Notes: a model not told the origin generated them from the letters alone. A stretch of DNA of 64,000 bases from Spirochaetia bacterium (GCA_038204425.1 JBBRCZ010000002.1:128001-192000); one strand, 5' to 3'. Positions 1 through 9,568 are shown, counted from the stretch's first letter. Program-made: numbers and translations.

Positions 1-25
1 ACGAGTTTTAGCCATAAGCGCCGCG

Positions 26-337
26 ATGAAAACTCCAACTATCTTGGGTGTTGAAGAGTTAGGCTCCCAAGTGGCTGCAAAAGCAAGTTCGGGAGATCTC
101 GCTGTCGAGCTTGCTCGGACCGTCAAACAGGATTCAGTGTTTATGGATATTCGTTTGGCGGGCGCCATGGTTGGCATTGAAGCGGCTCGACAAATCTTGG
201 CAGGCACTAAAGCTGCCAAGTGGTATTTATGACTGCTTGCACCGCTCATTTTTTTAGAAAAGCCTGTTCCCTCAGCCACTTTAAAATCTATTATGCAAGC
301 CTATTTTGGTCTGAAGATGGAGAATCGCTATGACTAG
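26..337 (+). pseudogene. Degraded response-regulator receiver (REC) domain gene
   Basis: ORF 26-232 has REC motifs (ASSG..AVELAR, VFMDIRLAG..GIEAARQI). The beta4 motif VVFMTA lies in a shifted frame at 220-237. FLEKPV..TLKSIM resumes in the original frame after the TGA at 230 and ends at TAG 335-337. Helix 1 appears deleted. Confidence 0.75.
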
Positions 338-1781
338 TTTGGTTGAAGGCCCGCAGACTCTTCCACTATGGAAAAAGTGGATGTACGCTCTGGGACAGTT
401 TGGTTGGTCACTTGCTGGTTTTGGTGTTACCAACAAGCTTGTCTACTTTTATTTGCCGCCAGAACATGTGGCCATGGGCCCTTTTGTGCGACAAGACTAT
501 GTTCTGCCCTTGATTAGTTGGCAAGGCATGGTGGTATTTGGCCTAACGGTGGTGGGCTTGGTTTTTGCTATTGGCCGCTTGTTTGATGGCATAACTGACC
601 CCTTGGTTGCCGGGATGTCTGACCGGTCACAACTCAAGCTAGGCAAGCGGAGATCGTTTATGGCCATCTCTGTCTTGCCCTTTGCGGTGCTTTCGGTCTT
701 GGTTTTCTTTCCCCCACAACCGGGCATTACGGTACTCAACACAGTTTGGCTCTTTGCAACTGTTCTTTTGTTCTATTGGTTTATGACCATGTACGTAACG
801 CCTTTTTTTACCTTGTTGTCGGAACTCGGCCACAGTCCCAAAGAACGTTTACAACTATCAACGTTTATTTCAATAACCTGGGCCTTGGGCATGGTAGCAG
901 GTTCTCAACTTGAACGGTTTCAATCCATTTTTGAGTCCTCAGGGATGTCTTCAACTCAGGCTTTTCAGACCAGCATGGTCATATTTGGCATAGTAGCCTT
1001 TGTCTTTATGCTATTGCCAATTATCTTTATAGACGAAAAAAAATACGCACGAGAAAATATATCCAAGGGAAGCATCTTTAAGTCGCTGGTAGCCGTATTT
1101 AAGAACCGCAACTTTTTGATGTTTACCTTGTCGGATCTGGCTTACTGGGCAACTATAACCATGATCAACTCAGTTTTGGTCTACTTTGTAACCGTGTTGC
1201 TCAAGCTACCTAAAGAGTTTAACTCCACACTAGTTATAATTATGTTTTTTGCTTCGTTTCTGTTCTATTTGCCTGTTAATTTTCTGGCAAGCAGATTCGG
1301 CAAAAAGCCGCTTTTGGTGGTCGGCTTTGTCTGGTTTACTGCAGTTTTTGTCTATTCAATTTTCTTGGGGCTGTATCCATTTTCTGCAGAAATGCAAGGT
1401 TATCTGATAGTGCTATTTGCCGCGGTTCCCCTGGCGATTTTTGGCATTGTTCAAAATGCAATAGTTGCAGACATAGCAGAATCTGATGGACTAGTGACTG
1501 GTAATTTCAAAGCCGGCATTTTTTTTGGCGCGCGAACTTTTATGTCCAAAATGGGCCAAACCATCGCTGGCTTGGTTATTCCATCATTATTGATTTTGGG
1601 TGCGGCACCTCCCGAGCATGGACTGAGTGTGGTTAAAGATATTGCGGCCGGTGAGGCTGTTTCTGGTGAGACTGGCGTTCGGCTGATTGCCTTAGTGGCG
1701 GCGGCCTTTTGTGTTATTGGGCTACTATTTTTTCTGTTCTACAAAGAAAAAGATGTGCTGCGTATTTTAGAGAAAAAATAG
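330..1781 (+). CDS. MFS transporter, GPH/MelB-like sugar:cation symporter
   Basis: About 12 hydrophobic segments; GRLFDGITDPLVAGMSDR..GKRRSF motif; C-terminal VADIAESD..AGIFFG; GGAG RBS. Confidence 0.85.
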   Translation: MTSLVEGPQTLPLWKKWMYALGQFGWSLAGFGVTNKLVYFYLPPEHVAMGPFVRQDYVLPLISWQGMVVFGLTVVGLVFAIGRLFDGITDPLVAGMSDRSQLKLGKRRSFMAISVLPFAVLSVLVFFPPQPGITVLNTVWLFATVLLFYWFMTMYVTPFFTLLSELGHSPKERLQLSTFISITWALGMVAGSQLERFQSIFESSGMSSTQAFQTSMVIFGIVAFVFMLLPIIFIDEKKYARENISKGSIFKSLVAVFKNRNFLMFTLSDLAYWATITMINSVLVYFVTVLLKLPKEFNSTLVIIMFFASFLFYLPVNFLASRFGKKPLLVVGFVWFTAVFVYSIFLGLYPFSAEMQGYLIVLFAAVPLAIFGIVQNAIVADIAESDGLVTGNFKAGIFFGARTFMSKMGQTIAGLVIPSLLILGAAPPEHGLSVVKDIAAGEAVSGETGVRLIALVAAAFCVIGLLFFLFYKEKDVLRILEKK

Positions 1782-1790
1782 GGGCAGACT

Positions 1791-3035
1791 CTGACACACA
1801 AAACTGACTCGCGCGACCGCAATTTTTACTCAATACTCGGCGAAGGAGCCTTTAATTCGTTTGGTTTGAGTATTCTTGGCTTGGGTAGTATCGTGCCTTT
1901 GTTCTTGCACGCCTACGGAGCAAGTATGGCCTTGGTTGGCTTAATTCCCACTATAATTACTGCTTTGACCTTAATTGTGCCGTTGGTCGGTGGCCATTTA
2001 GTTTCCAACGCACCAAGCAAAAAAAGACTCATAATTGTTGTCAATGCAGTCGGTAGGCCAGCGATTATGCTTATGGTTCCTATTCTTTTGTTTATTGGCG
2101 ACTCCAGTCTTGTGATCGTTGCCTTTGTGTTGCTGATTTCTCTTTTTAGCGCAAGCCAATCAATTAGTGGCCTTGCTTGGCAAGACCTGTTTGCTATGAC
2201 TATTGCAGAACGAGCGCGAGACAGGCTCTTAGGCACACTCCAAGTGGTCGCCGGCATCTGTAGCTTGGTGGCGAGCTTTTTTGTTAAAGCGCTTTTAGAT
2301 ACCGACTTGTTGGACAAGAAGCTGCGCTTTGCTTCTATTTTTTTGTTAGCAGGTTTTTTTCTCAGCTTATCGATCCCTGCTATGCTCGGCGTACGCGAGC
2401 AAGCGCGGGCTAGTGACGACTCTCAAGACCGAAGACTCAAAAGCTATCTCGCGTCACTTTTGGCATGTTTCGCTGACAAAACCCTCAGGAATCTAACTTT
2501 TGTAACTATCCTTGGCTTAGTAGCCGCCTCAGGTAGCGCATTTATCTATTTGTTTGCTAGTAATAACTTGGGTATGCAAGCTAATGAAATCTCTGTCTTA
2601 ATTGTAGTGCAAACAGTAGGTGCAATTAGCAGTGGTTTACTATGGCCACGGATAGCAAGAGCTTTTGGTAACAAGTACGTGATCGTCATCGCTGAGCTTC
2701 TAACCTTGGTCATGGCCGTTTTGTGTTTGCTGTCGCGCCAAGGATCCGGTGCCATCTGGCTAATGTCTTTAGTTGTTTTTCTATTTGGAATACGAATGGG
2801 TTCGTGGGTTGGCTATACCAACTATCTATTAGAATTTATCGATGCCAAGACGCGTATCCAGAGTCTTGTGTTTAAAAACACTTTGGTCTTTCCATTTTCA
2901 TTTGTTAGCGTCTTGGCTGGCATTTTGGTTGACAACGTTGGCATGGTGCCACTTTTAGTTGTGCAGATTTTTGCTTCTACCATTGCCGGACTCTGTGCTA
3001 TTACCCTGTTATTGGGCAAAGTAAAACTCGCATGA
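1791..3035 (+). CDS. MFS transporter
   Basis: About 12 TM segments with MFS-like loops. The frame is open from 1782. The start is uncertain: CTG 1791 after GGGG, or TTG 1866 from the ORF track. Confidence 0.75.
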   Translation: MTHKTDSRDRNFYSILGEGAFNSFGLSILGLGSIVPLFLHAYGASMALVGLIPTIITALTLIVPLVGGHLVSNAPSKKRLIIVVNAVGRPAIMLMVPILLFIGDSSLVIVAFVLLISLFSASQSISGLAWQDLFAMTIAERARDRLLGTLQVVAGICSLVASFFVKALLDTDLLDKKLRFASIFLLAGFFLSLSIPAMLGVREQARASDDSQDRRLKSYLASLLACFADKTLRNLTFVTILGLVAASGSAFIYLFASNNLGMQANEISVLIVVQTVGAISSGLLWPRIARAFGNKYVIVIAELLTLVMAVLCLLSRQGSGAIWLMSLVVFLFGIRMGSWVGYTNYLLEFIDAKTRIQSLVFKNTLVFPFSFVSVLAGILVDNVGMVPLLVVQIFASTIAGLCAITLLLGKVKLA

Positions 3036-3040
3036 AGTCC

Positions 3041-4174
3041 TTAAAGTCTTACCCCAATGCGCTGCCAGACTTCCCGCAAGTCAACAATCTTTTTGTCTCT
3101 ACGTGCGCTGTCGACGCAGATGCCAACCACGGCACTTAGTAGTCCCTCTTTGCCACTGCAGATTGGTTGGCTGCCATTGCACATCGAGTCCACAAGTTCG
3201 CAAATAATTTGCTCATCGCCACCACCATGACCATGTACGTCATTAGGGTACTTGAGGGTTTTTTCGGTGTCATCGTAGATAAGTTTGTAGACTATCGTGC
3301 CGGCGTAGAGGTTGACGATCAAAGTTCCCTTGGTGCAGCTAAAATACATGCGACGCTCGGCAATTGCGTTGCTCATGGTAGCTTGAAACTGCACACGCGT
3401 GCCGTTGGCATATTCAAGTATCGATACAACGTTGTCCTCAATCGACTTGTCCGAAGTAAAAGGGTTGTCGCAATCAACTTCAGGCGGGTACCAGGTGTTA
3501 AACAAGCTGGCTTGCTCGTTGAGTTGCTTGTTTTCTGGTACAAACATATTGTTGCCACCAAAGGCCGCAACGCTAACTGGCAATGACTCAATAAACCAAT
3601 TTAGTAGGTCAAAGTCATGAACGCATTTTTCTAAAATATGCGCCCCTGCAAGCTCTCGTTTGCGTCGCCAGTTGGTCATTATGTAGGCACCATGCGATGG
3701 AGTAATGTTTTCGTTGGCGTCCACGCTAATAATCTTGCCAAAGTCACCGCTAGCAAGCAGCTTTTTTACTTGACGATAGATGGGCGCGTAACGAAGCGTA
3801 AAACCAGTAGCAAAAAGCCTATCGCTCTCCTGATGTGCTCTTACGATTTGATAGCAGTCATTAATTTCGGTGGCGATAGGTTTTTCGGCAAAGACATGCT
3901 TCTTGGCACTTAGTGACGCGATAATTTGGTCTTTGTGAAAAATGTTGGGCGAGCCAATCAGCACCCAATCAATGCTTGGGTCCTCGAGTAATGACTCAAT
4001 CGTGCCAAATATTTTTCCGCTTGGGTTCTTGCCAGCCTCCAAGATAGCCTTGCAACGCGCAGGCTGCGGATCAAAGACACCATATAGTTTTACGTTCTCA
4101 TAAGCAGACAGGTATTTAAGCAGACCCTGCAAGCGGTATCCACACCCGATAATTGCATAGTTGACAGTATTCAT
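3041..4174 (-). CDS. Gfo/Idh/MocA family NAD(P)-dependent oxidoreductase
   Basis: AIIGCG Rossmann start, KHVFAEKP, GFTLRY and EKCVHDFD motifs; GGAG RBS before ATG 4174. Confidence 0.9.
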   Translation of the reverse strand: MNTVNYAIIGCGYRLQGLLKYLSAYENVKLYGVFDPQPARCKAILEAGKNPSGKIFGTIESLLEDPSIDWVLIGSPNIFHKDQIIASLSAKKHVFAEKPIATEINDCYQIVRAHQESDRLFATGFTLRYAPIYRQVKKLLASGDFGKIISVDANENITPSHGAYIMTNWRRKRELAGAHILEKCVHDFDLLNWFIESLPVSVAAFGGNNMFVPENKQLNEQASLFNTWYPPEVDCDNPFTSDKSIEDNVVSILEYANGTRVQFQATMSNAIAERRMYFSCTKGTLIVNLYAGTIVYKLIYDDTEKTLKYPNDVHGHGGGDEQIICELVDSMCNGSQPICSGKEGLLSAVVGICVDSARRDKKIVDLREVWQRIGVRL

Positions 4175-4194
4175 TAGGAGCTCCACAAAGGCAA

Positions 4195-5172
4195 TTATTT
4201 GAGGTTGATAAACCCGCCAAAAATCCAGCCATTTTCTTCCTGGCTAAAGTACCAGTAGTCGCTTACACCTTCTACGGTGTATTGCTGATTGGTTCGTTTT
4301 TCAATTACCAGATATTGACTATCAGATAGTGTCGAAACTACCTTTCCATTGACTTCGTCAGGTAGGTCTCGCACGTTGACATTGTCACTATTGATGTTGC
4401 CGGTGGCGCTAAAGTCGGCAAAGCTTCTCTCGGTACTTGCGTCAGTGCTAACAGACTTGCCGTCGAGCTTGTCAATTGCGGCTTGAATCAGGTCGGTAAA
4501 GCGGCGACCACTTTCCAAAGCACTGCTTAGTAGTTCCCGCTTATTGACAGGGTTGGTCTGCGTAAGAGCAATAGAGTAAAGCTGTAGCGATCGCACTTCG
4601 TCAGTCTCGGTGCTTACTTGGGTGTTTTTGACATAGAGCCTTTGAATTACTGGCAGAGCCTTGTCGTTAGGCAAGTAGGCTGAGATTTGTGAGAAGACTC
4701 CCGTGGAACCGGCAGGGTGGACGGCGATCAAGGTGTTCTCAGGAAGGACCTTTCCTGCTGGACTGGCAAGGTCAGCCTTGCGATAGAGCACCGTGTCACT
4801 TCCAAGAATTATGCCTGGGACTGCTTTGTCTGCTACAAAAACATCTTGAATCCAATAGCTCTTTCCATCGCTGCTAACTATCTTGGCAAAATTGCGCTCT
4901 TTACCATCGCTTGCCCTGGTTGCAATCTTGGTCTCATTCAGCCATTGGACATTCTCTGCGATAGCTGCCTTGCTTGAGTAAACCATCTCATCGTCTTTCT
5001 CGACGTAAATGGCCGCATCCTGAAACAAAATTACAGCATTCTGGTTGGTATCACTTGCAGGCTGTGAGGCACTAATTCCCGAAGCATTGTTTTGTTCTTT
5101 TCCGCATGCAACGGCGAGTAAGCAAACCGTAGCAATAGTAATTGCAAGAAGCATTTTTGACCCTAATTTCAT
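4195..5172 (-). CDS. Lipoprotein with bacterial SH3-like domain(s)
   Basis: Lipobox LLAVAC; C-terminal INSDNVNVRDLP..YWY..GWIFGGFI is typical of SH3b domains. Confidence 0.7.
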   Translation of the reverse strand: MKLGSKMLLAITIATVCLLAVACGKEQNNASGISASQPASDTNQNAVILFQDAAIYVEKDDEMVYSSKAAIAENVQWLNETKIATRASDGKERNFAKIVSSDGKSYWIQDVFVADKAVPGIILGSDTVLYRKADLASPAGKVLPENTLIAVHPAGSTGVFSQISAYLPNDKALPVIQRLYVKNTQVSTETDEVRSLQLYSIALTQTNPVNKRELLSSALESGRRFTDLIQAAIDKLDGKSVSTDASTERSFADFSATGNINSDNVNVRDLPDEVNGKVVSTLSDSQYLVIEKRTNQQYTVEGVSDYWYFSQEENGWIFGGFINLK

Positions 5173-5346
5173 CGGAATCTCCTAAAGGTTGGATATTTCT
5201 ATCTTATCGCGAGAATCCAAAAATTGGAATCTCATGGTTCAGCAATAGTCTAAGCCTAGAGTGCAAATAATTCCACTAAGTCTTATAAAAAATACTTGAC
5301 AGGCACGGTTCGTCAGCTCACTATCTGCACTAAGGAGTGTCTTCAT

Positions 5347-5736
5347 ATGAGTGATCAAATAACAAAAAACGGTGGTTCAAGTGGTCTGGAAGAAAATGTA
5401 GCGAGTGCATTGTCTTACGTATTTGGTTTTGTGACCGGTTTGATCTTTTTGGCAATAGAAAAGAACAATCAAACCGTCAGGTTTCACGCTACCCAAAGCA
5501 TTATAGTCTCAGTAGTTTTAATTGTCCTTAGTATCGTTTTGAGCATCGTTGGGATAATTTTGGCCTTTGTTCCTTATGTTGGATGGGCAATCGCGACCGT
5601 CTTAAGTCTGGTTGTGAGTTTGGGAAGCCTGGCGGTTATAGTGATACTTATTGTCTTTGCTGCACTTAACAAACGAGTAGAAATCCCGGTAATTAGCAAG
5701 TTGGCAGAAAAATACTCAAAGACTTTACTGGCCTAA
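5347..5736 (+). CDS. DUF4870-like small membrane protein
   Basis: GLEENVASALSY..GLIFL..EK..VRFHATQS pattern; TAAGGAG RBS before ATG 5347. Confidence 0.75.
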   Translation: MSDQITKNGGSSGLEENVASALSYVFGFVTGLIFLAIEKNNQTVRFHATQSIIVSVVLIVLSIVLSIVGIILAFVPYVGWAIATVLSLVVSLGSLAVIVILIVFAALNKRVEIPVISKLAEKYSKTLLA

Positions 5737-5760
5737 AAAACCAACTGCCCAGCACGCCAA

Positions 5761-6411
5761 TCATACAAACCCAAACAAAGTGATAAACAAATCACTGATA
5801 GCCATGATAATTGGCCTAATAGGAAGGATTTCGACTTTAAACTGCATTTGCACAAAGACTATGATCAGCAGCGCTACGGTACCGTAACGGTACAGCTTGA
5901 TCATCAGCTCTGGATTAATGCTTCCTACAAAAGTTAGGTAGAGGTGAGAGCCGTCAAGTGGTGGTATTGGAATTAGGTTAAATACACATAGGCCGAGGTT
6001 GAGGATTGCACTGGAAATTATAATATTGATAGCGTCAATGCCGGCTACAGAGGTGTTGACCGCCTCAATCCCGTAGAGGATGCGTGCCAATCCAAAAAGC
6101 AAGAAGGCAAGTAGAAGGTTGGAGGCTGGGCCCGCCAATGAAATGAGTATTTCGTCGCGGTGAATTTTTTTGAGATTTCTCGGATCAAACTGGACAGGTT
6201 TGGCCCAACCAAAGCCCGCAACTACTATCAAAATAAAGCCAAGTGGATCGATGTGCTTGAGTGGGTTGAGGCTAAGTCTGCCCGCATCCTTGGCGGTATG
6301 GTCTCCAAGTCTGTAGGCCATCCAAGCGTGCGCAAATTCATGAAAGGTTAAGCCAACTATAATGGCCGGCAGAGTCCGTAGCATAGATAGTAGATCAAAT
6401 CCGCGCATCAT
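5761..6411 (-). CDS. Site-2 protease (peptidase M50 family)
   Basis: HEFAH zinc motif, SLAGPASN and FNLIPIPPLDG motifs. Confidence 0.92.
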   Translation of the reverse strand: MMRGFDLLSMLRTLPAIIVGLTFHEFAHAWMAYRLGDHTAKDAGRLSLNPLKHIDPLGFILIVVAGFGWAKPVQFDPRNLKKIHRDEILISLAGPASNLLLAFLLFGLARILYGIEAVNTSVAGIDAINIIISSAILNLGLCVFNLIPIPPLDGSHLYLTFVGSINPELMIKLYRYGTVALLIIVFVQMQFKVEILPIRPIIMAISDLFITLFGFV

Positions 6412-6534
6412 AGTCTCCCTTTTTAGTAAGTTATAGTACGATGAGCTTTAACAACAATCAAGCTGGACAAACCAACATGGCAAGGCAAGGTCCAAAGTCA
6501 ACTGGGATTTTTTAGCCTTGCTGAGGCTGTTTTC

Positions 6535-6563
6535 TTGACATGGATGGCATGCTCTGATATGGT
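6535..6563 (+). promoter_or_regulatory. Sigma70-type promoter of the tRNA-secE-nusG region
   Basis: TTGACA-N17-TATGGT with an extended -10 TG, 16 nt before tRNA-Thr. Confidence 0.75.
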
Positions 6564-6579
6564 AAGCAAACTTTTGCGT

Positions 6580-6652
6580 GCCCTTGTAGCTCAGTTGGTA
6601 GAGCACCACCATGGTAAGGTGGGGGTCGCCGGTTCAAATCCGGCCGAGGGCT
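6580..6652 (+). tRNA. tRNA-Thr(GGT)
   Basis: Cloverleaf: acceptor GCCCTTG/CGAGGGC, D arm GCTC/GAGC, anticodon stem CCACC/GGTGG with GGT, T arm GCCGG-TTCAAAT-CCGGC. CCA is not encoded. Confidence 0.96.
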
Positions 6653-6667
6653 CACTTAAGATACCAT

Positions 6668-6740
6668 AGGCCAATAGCTCAATTGGTAGAGCATCGGTCT
6701 CCAAAACCGAGGGTTGAGGGTTCAATTCCTTCTTGGCCTG
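6668..6740 (+). tRNA. tRNA-Trp(CCA)
   Basis: Acceptor AGGCCAA/TTGGCCT, anticodon stem TCGGT/ACCGA with loop CTCCAAA, T loop TTCAATT; usual position upstream of secE. Confidence 0.96.
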
Positions 6741-6756
6741 TCAATTGAGACGAAGT

Positions 6757-6788
6757 GCAAAACGCCCCGACAAACGGGGTGTTTTTGT
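6757..6788 (+). terminator. Intrinsic terminator/attenuator between tRNA-Trp and secE
   Basis: AAAACGCCCCG-acaaa-CGGGGTGTTTT followed by T. Confidence 0.6.
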
Positions 6789-6825
6789 AATTACAACGCA
6801 TTATGATGCTGGGGGTACAGAACAT

Positions 6826-7005
6826 ATGTCCAAGGTAGTGGATTTTTTTAAGGATAGTTATTCTGAACTGAGGAAGGTTATTTGGCCTTCTCGTGACGAA
6901 GTAATTGCCAGCACCAAAGTTGTTATCATTTCTATGGTGATTATTGCAGCCATACTTGGCGCAGTCGACCTCGGTCTGGCTGCTCTGATTAATATTTTCT
7001 TTTAG
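6826..7005 (+). CDS. secE: Preprotein translocase subunit SecE
   Basis: FFKDSYSELRKVIWPSRDE motif plus one TM segment; synteny with tRNA-Trp and nusG. Confidence 0.95.
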   Translation: MSKVVDFFKDSYSELRKVIWPSRDEVIASTKVVIISMVIIAAILGAVDLGLAALINIFF

Positions 7006-7019
7006 GGATCGGAGCAAGC

Positions 7020-7571
7020 ATGGCACGTGCATGGTATGTTTTACATACTTATTCGGGTTACGAGATGCGTATCGAAAAAACTATTCATCTAATGATGGAT
7101 GATGGTTCGCTTGGTGGAGCAGTTCTTGATGTAAAGGTTCCATCTGAACGGGTGGCCGAGGTCAAGGATGGCAAACGCAAAGAAAGAACCCAGCGGGTTT
7201 TGCCAGGGTACATCTTGATTGAGATGGATCTGCCATTGGCATGGAAAGACCCTTGTACCAAAGTGAGAAAGATTCATGGCGTGACCGGTTTTGTTGGTTC
7301 GGCACAGGATTCTCGTCCAAACCCGATCAGTGCTGAAGAAGCCAGGGGTTTGCTGCAGCGCATGGGAGAGATCAAAGGTGACGCGGCAGTTAGACCAAAG
7401 CAAAGTTATGTGCTCAATGAGCAGGTTTGCATCATTGAAGGTCCTTTTGCAGGATTTAATGGTACTGTTGAAGAAGTGTATGCCGATAAGTCGCGGCTAA
7501 AAGTTATGGTAGGGATATTTGGCCGCAACACTCCGGTTGAGGTTGAGTTTCTGCAAGTGGAAAAAGTTTAG
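7020..7571 (+). CDS. nusG: Transcription termination/antitermination factor NusG
   Basis: WYVLHTYSGYE, LPGYILIEM and KOW motif GPFAGFNG..IFGRNTPVE. Confidence 0.97.
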   Translation: MARAWYVLHTYSGYEMRIEKTIHLMMDDGSLGGAVLDVKVPSERVAEVKDGKRKERTQRVLPGYILIEMDLPLAWKDPCTKVRKIHGVTGFVGSAQDSRPNPISAEEARGLLQRMGEIKGDAAVRPKQSYVLNEQVCIIEGPFAGFNGTVEEVYADKSRLKVMVGIFGRNTPVEVEFLQVEKV

Positions 7572-7648
7572 AAAACGATTAGAGAGTGATAATGTTCAGG
7601 TACTAACCGACGACTTACTCGTTAAGTCAATGTCGGCAGGTATCCTTA

Positions 7649-7704
7649 ACTGGGAGTTCCGGAACACTTGGCCAATGGCTTGGTCTAGGCCGGAACGCTA
7701 CCGT
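7649..7704 (+). promoter_or_regulatory. Putative L1-binding rplK leader element
   Basis: GGGAG-TTCCGG...CCGGAA-CGCTACC resembles the GGGAG/stem/CG..ACC L1 autoregulatory site upstream of rplK-rplA. Confidence 0.5.
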
Positions 7705-7775
7705 GCCGGGTCGTTGACCACAAAGCACGGCATGGGCGCCTTTTGGCGGCCATGACACCATACAGGAGCCCGTAC

Positions 7776-8207
7776 ATGGCCAAAAAAAAGATAGTAGCCA
7801 TAGTTAAGTTGCAAGTGCCCGCCCAAAAAGCGACACCTGCACCCCCGGTTGGACCCGCACTGGGACCACACGGAGTCAGCTCCCCGATGTTCGTGCAGCA
7901 GTTTAATGAGCGTTCCAAGCATTTGGAAGCCGGACTCACAATACCTGTTGTAATAACAATTTATGCCGACAAGAGTTTTACGTTTGAACTCAAAAGCCCT
8001 CCGGCTTCAGTTCTTATCAAAAAATATCTTGGTTTGGCCAAGGGATCTGCCATTGCCCACAAGGTCAAGGTAGGCAAGATTAGTCGCGCTCAATTGGAAG
8101 AGATAGCTAAGATCAAGATCAAAGATCTTAACTCCAATGACATTGAGGGTGCGGTTCGCATCATTGCCGGCACTGCCCGTTCTATGGGCGTGGAAGCGGA
8201 GCTTTAG
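7776..8207 (+). CDS. rplK: 50S ribosomal protein L11
   Basis: [12 protein letters not shown] and IAGTARSMG motifs; AGGAG RBS before ATG 7776. Confidence 0.98.
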   Translation: MAKKKIVAIVKLQVPAQKATPAPPVGPALGPHGVSSPMFVQQFNERSKHLEAGLTIPVVITIYADKSFTFELKSPPASVLIKKYLGLAKGSAIAHKVKVGKISRAQLEEIAKIKIKDLNSNDIEGAVRIIAGTARSMGVEAEL

Positions 8208-8209
8208 AC

Positions 8210-8893
8210 ATGAAGCGTGGAAAAAAATACGTAAACGCGGTCAAAGATTATGACCGAAGCAAGTCCTATACTGCCGTTGAGGCAGCCGAACTGGTAAAAA
8301 AATTCGCCTATGCCAAGTTTGATGAAACAGTTGAGTTGTCACTCAATCTCAATCTCAAAAAGGGTAACTCGGTTCGCGATACCTTGGTGCTTGCCCACCA
8401 GTTCCGTGGTGAGAAAAAGATCTTGGTTTTTGCAAAGGGTGATAAGGCCGACGAAGCCCGTGCCGCTGGTGCTGCTTTTGTTGGTGATGATGACTTGATT
8501 GCTAAAATCAAAGATGGCTGGTTGGACTTTGACGTCGCAGTTGCAACTCCTGATATGATGAAGGATGTGGGTAAGCTCGGTCAGGTCTTGGGTCGGCGCG
8601 GTTTGATGCCAAACCCAAAGACTCAGACGGTTACCTTGGATATCACGGGCGCTGTTAACGAACTCAAAAAGGGTCGAACAGAGTTTCGCAGTGACAAAAC
8701 TGGCTGTATTCACTTGGCAGTTGGCAAGGTCTCAATGAGTCCAGATCAGATTAAAGAAAACGTAGGTATCGTCGTTGGCGAGGTAGAACGTAAGCGTCCT
8801 TCCGACACCAAGGGTGATTTTATCAAAACTGCATTTATCGCTTCTACCATGGGCCCTGGCATTAAGCTGGCGCGCGATAGTGAAAAGGTCTAA
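8210..8893 (+). CDS. rplA: 50S ribosomal protein L1
   Basis: AKFDETVE, LGRRGLMPNPK and STMGPG motifs. Confidence 0.98.
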   Translation: MKRGKKYVNAVKDYDRSKSYTAVEAAELVKKFAYAKFDETVELSLNLNLKKGNSVRDTLVLAHQFRGEKKILVFAKGDKADEARAAGAAFVGDDDLIAKIKDGWLDFDVAVATPDMMKDVGKLGQVLGRRGLMPNPKTQTVTLDITGAVNELKKGRTEFRSDKTGCIHLAVGKVSMSPDQIKENVGIVVGEVERKRPSDTKGDFIKTAFIASTMGPGIKLARDSEKV

Positions 8894-8907
8894 AGAGGTC
8901 AATTAGT

Positions 8908-9447
8908 ATGGCATATCAACCAAAAATTAACCAAGCCAAGACTGAGGCAGTTGAAGACATAAAGGGTATTCTCGGCAATGCCGAAGATTTCTTCTTTACC
9001 AACTACCGAGGCCTTTCAGTGGCTCAAATTACTACCTTGCGCCATCGTCTACGTGAGCTTGGTGCTGACTATCATGTGGTCAAGAACAACTACGCCAACC
9101 TTGCTTTTCAACAGCTTGGCAAAAAAGACGTTAGTGACTTGCTGGCGGGGCCAACTGCAGTAGCAGTAGCTCGTCGCGACTCAGGCGCCGTTGCCAAAGC
9201 CTTGGTAGAACTTATTAAGGAACTGGGCGACAAGCTCGAAGTCAAGGGCGGTCTGGTTGGAGAGAGTGTTTTTGATGCAAATCAAGTAAATGCTTATTCC
9301 AAGTTACCAAGCAGACTCGAGCTCTACGCAATTTTGTTGGGTACCATGAAGGCGCCTGTACAAAACTTGGCAATTGCTCTCAATGGAGTAGCAAGCAAGT
9401 TGGTTAGGACTCTGCAAGCTGTAGCCGACCAAAAGGCCAGCGAATAA
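8908..9447 (+). CDS. rplJ: 50S ribosomal protein L10
   Basis: YRGLSV..LR..LR..VVKN..GPTA and LPSRLEL motifs. Confidence 0.97.
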   Translation: MAYQPKINQAKTEAVEDIKGILGNAEDFFFTNYRGLSVAQITTLRHRLRELGADYHVVKNNYANLAFQQLGKKDVSDLLAGPTAVAVARRDSGAVAKALVELIKELGDKLEVKGGLVGESVFDANQVNAYSKLPSRLELYAILLGTMKAPVQNLAIALNGVASKLVRTLQAVADQKASE

Positions 9448-9568
9448 TTACGCATACCTTTCCGATCCACGTTGTGGCAATCGGGCTAGTATAAAAAAGT
9501 GGCTTCAGTCTTCCGCAAGGAAGTGCCGTGCTGTCGCTGCTAATGTTTAAAGAAAAGGAGAAGATAAT

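Noticed and set aside
6679..7032. 117-aa minus-strand ORF and the 31-aa N-terminal extension of secE
   Set aside because: They overlap tRNA-Trp, the terminator and secE. These are shadow frames; the real secE start is 6826.
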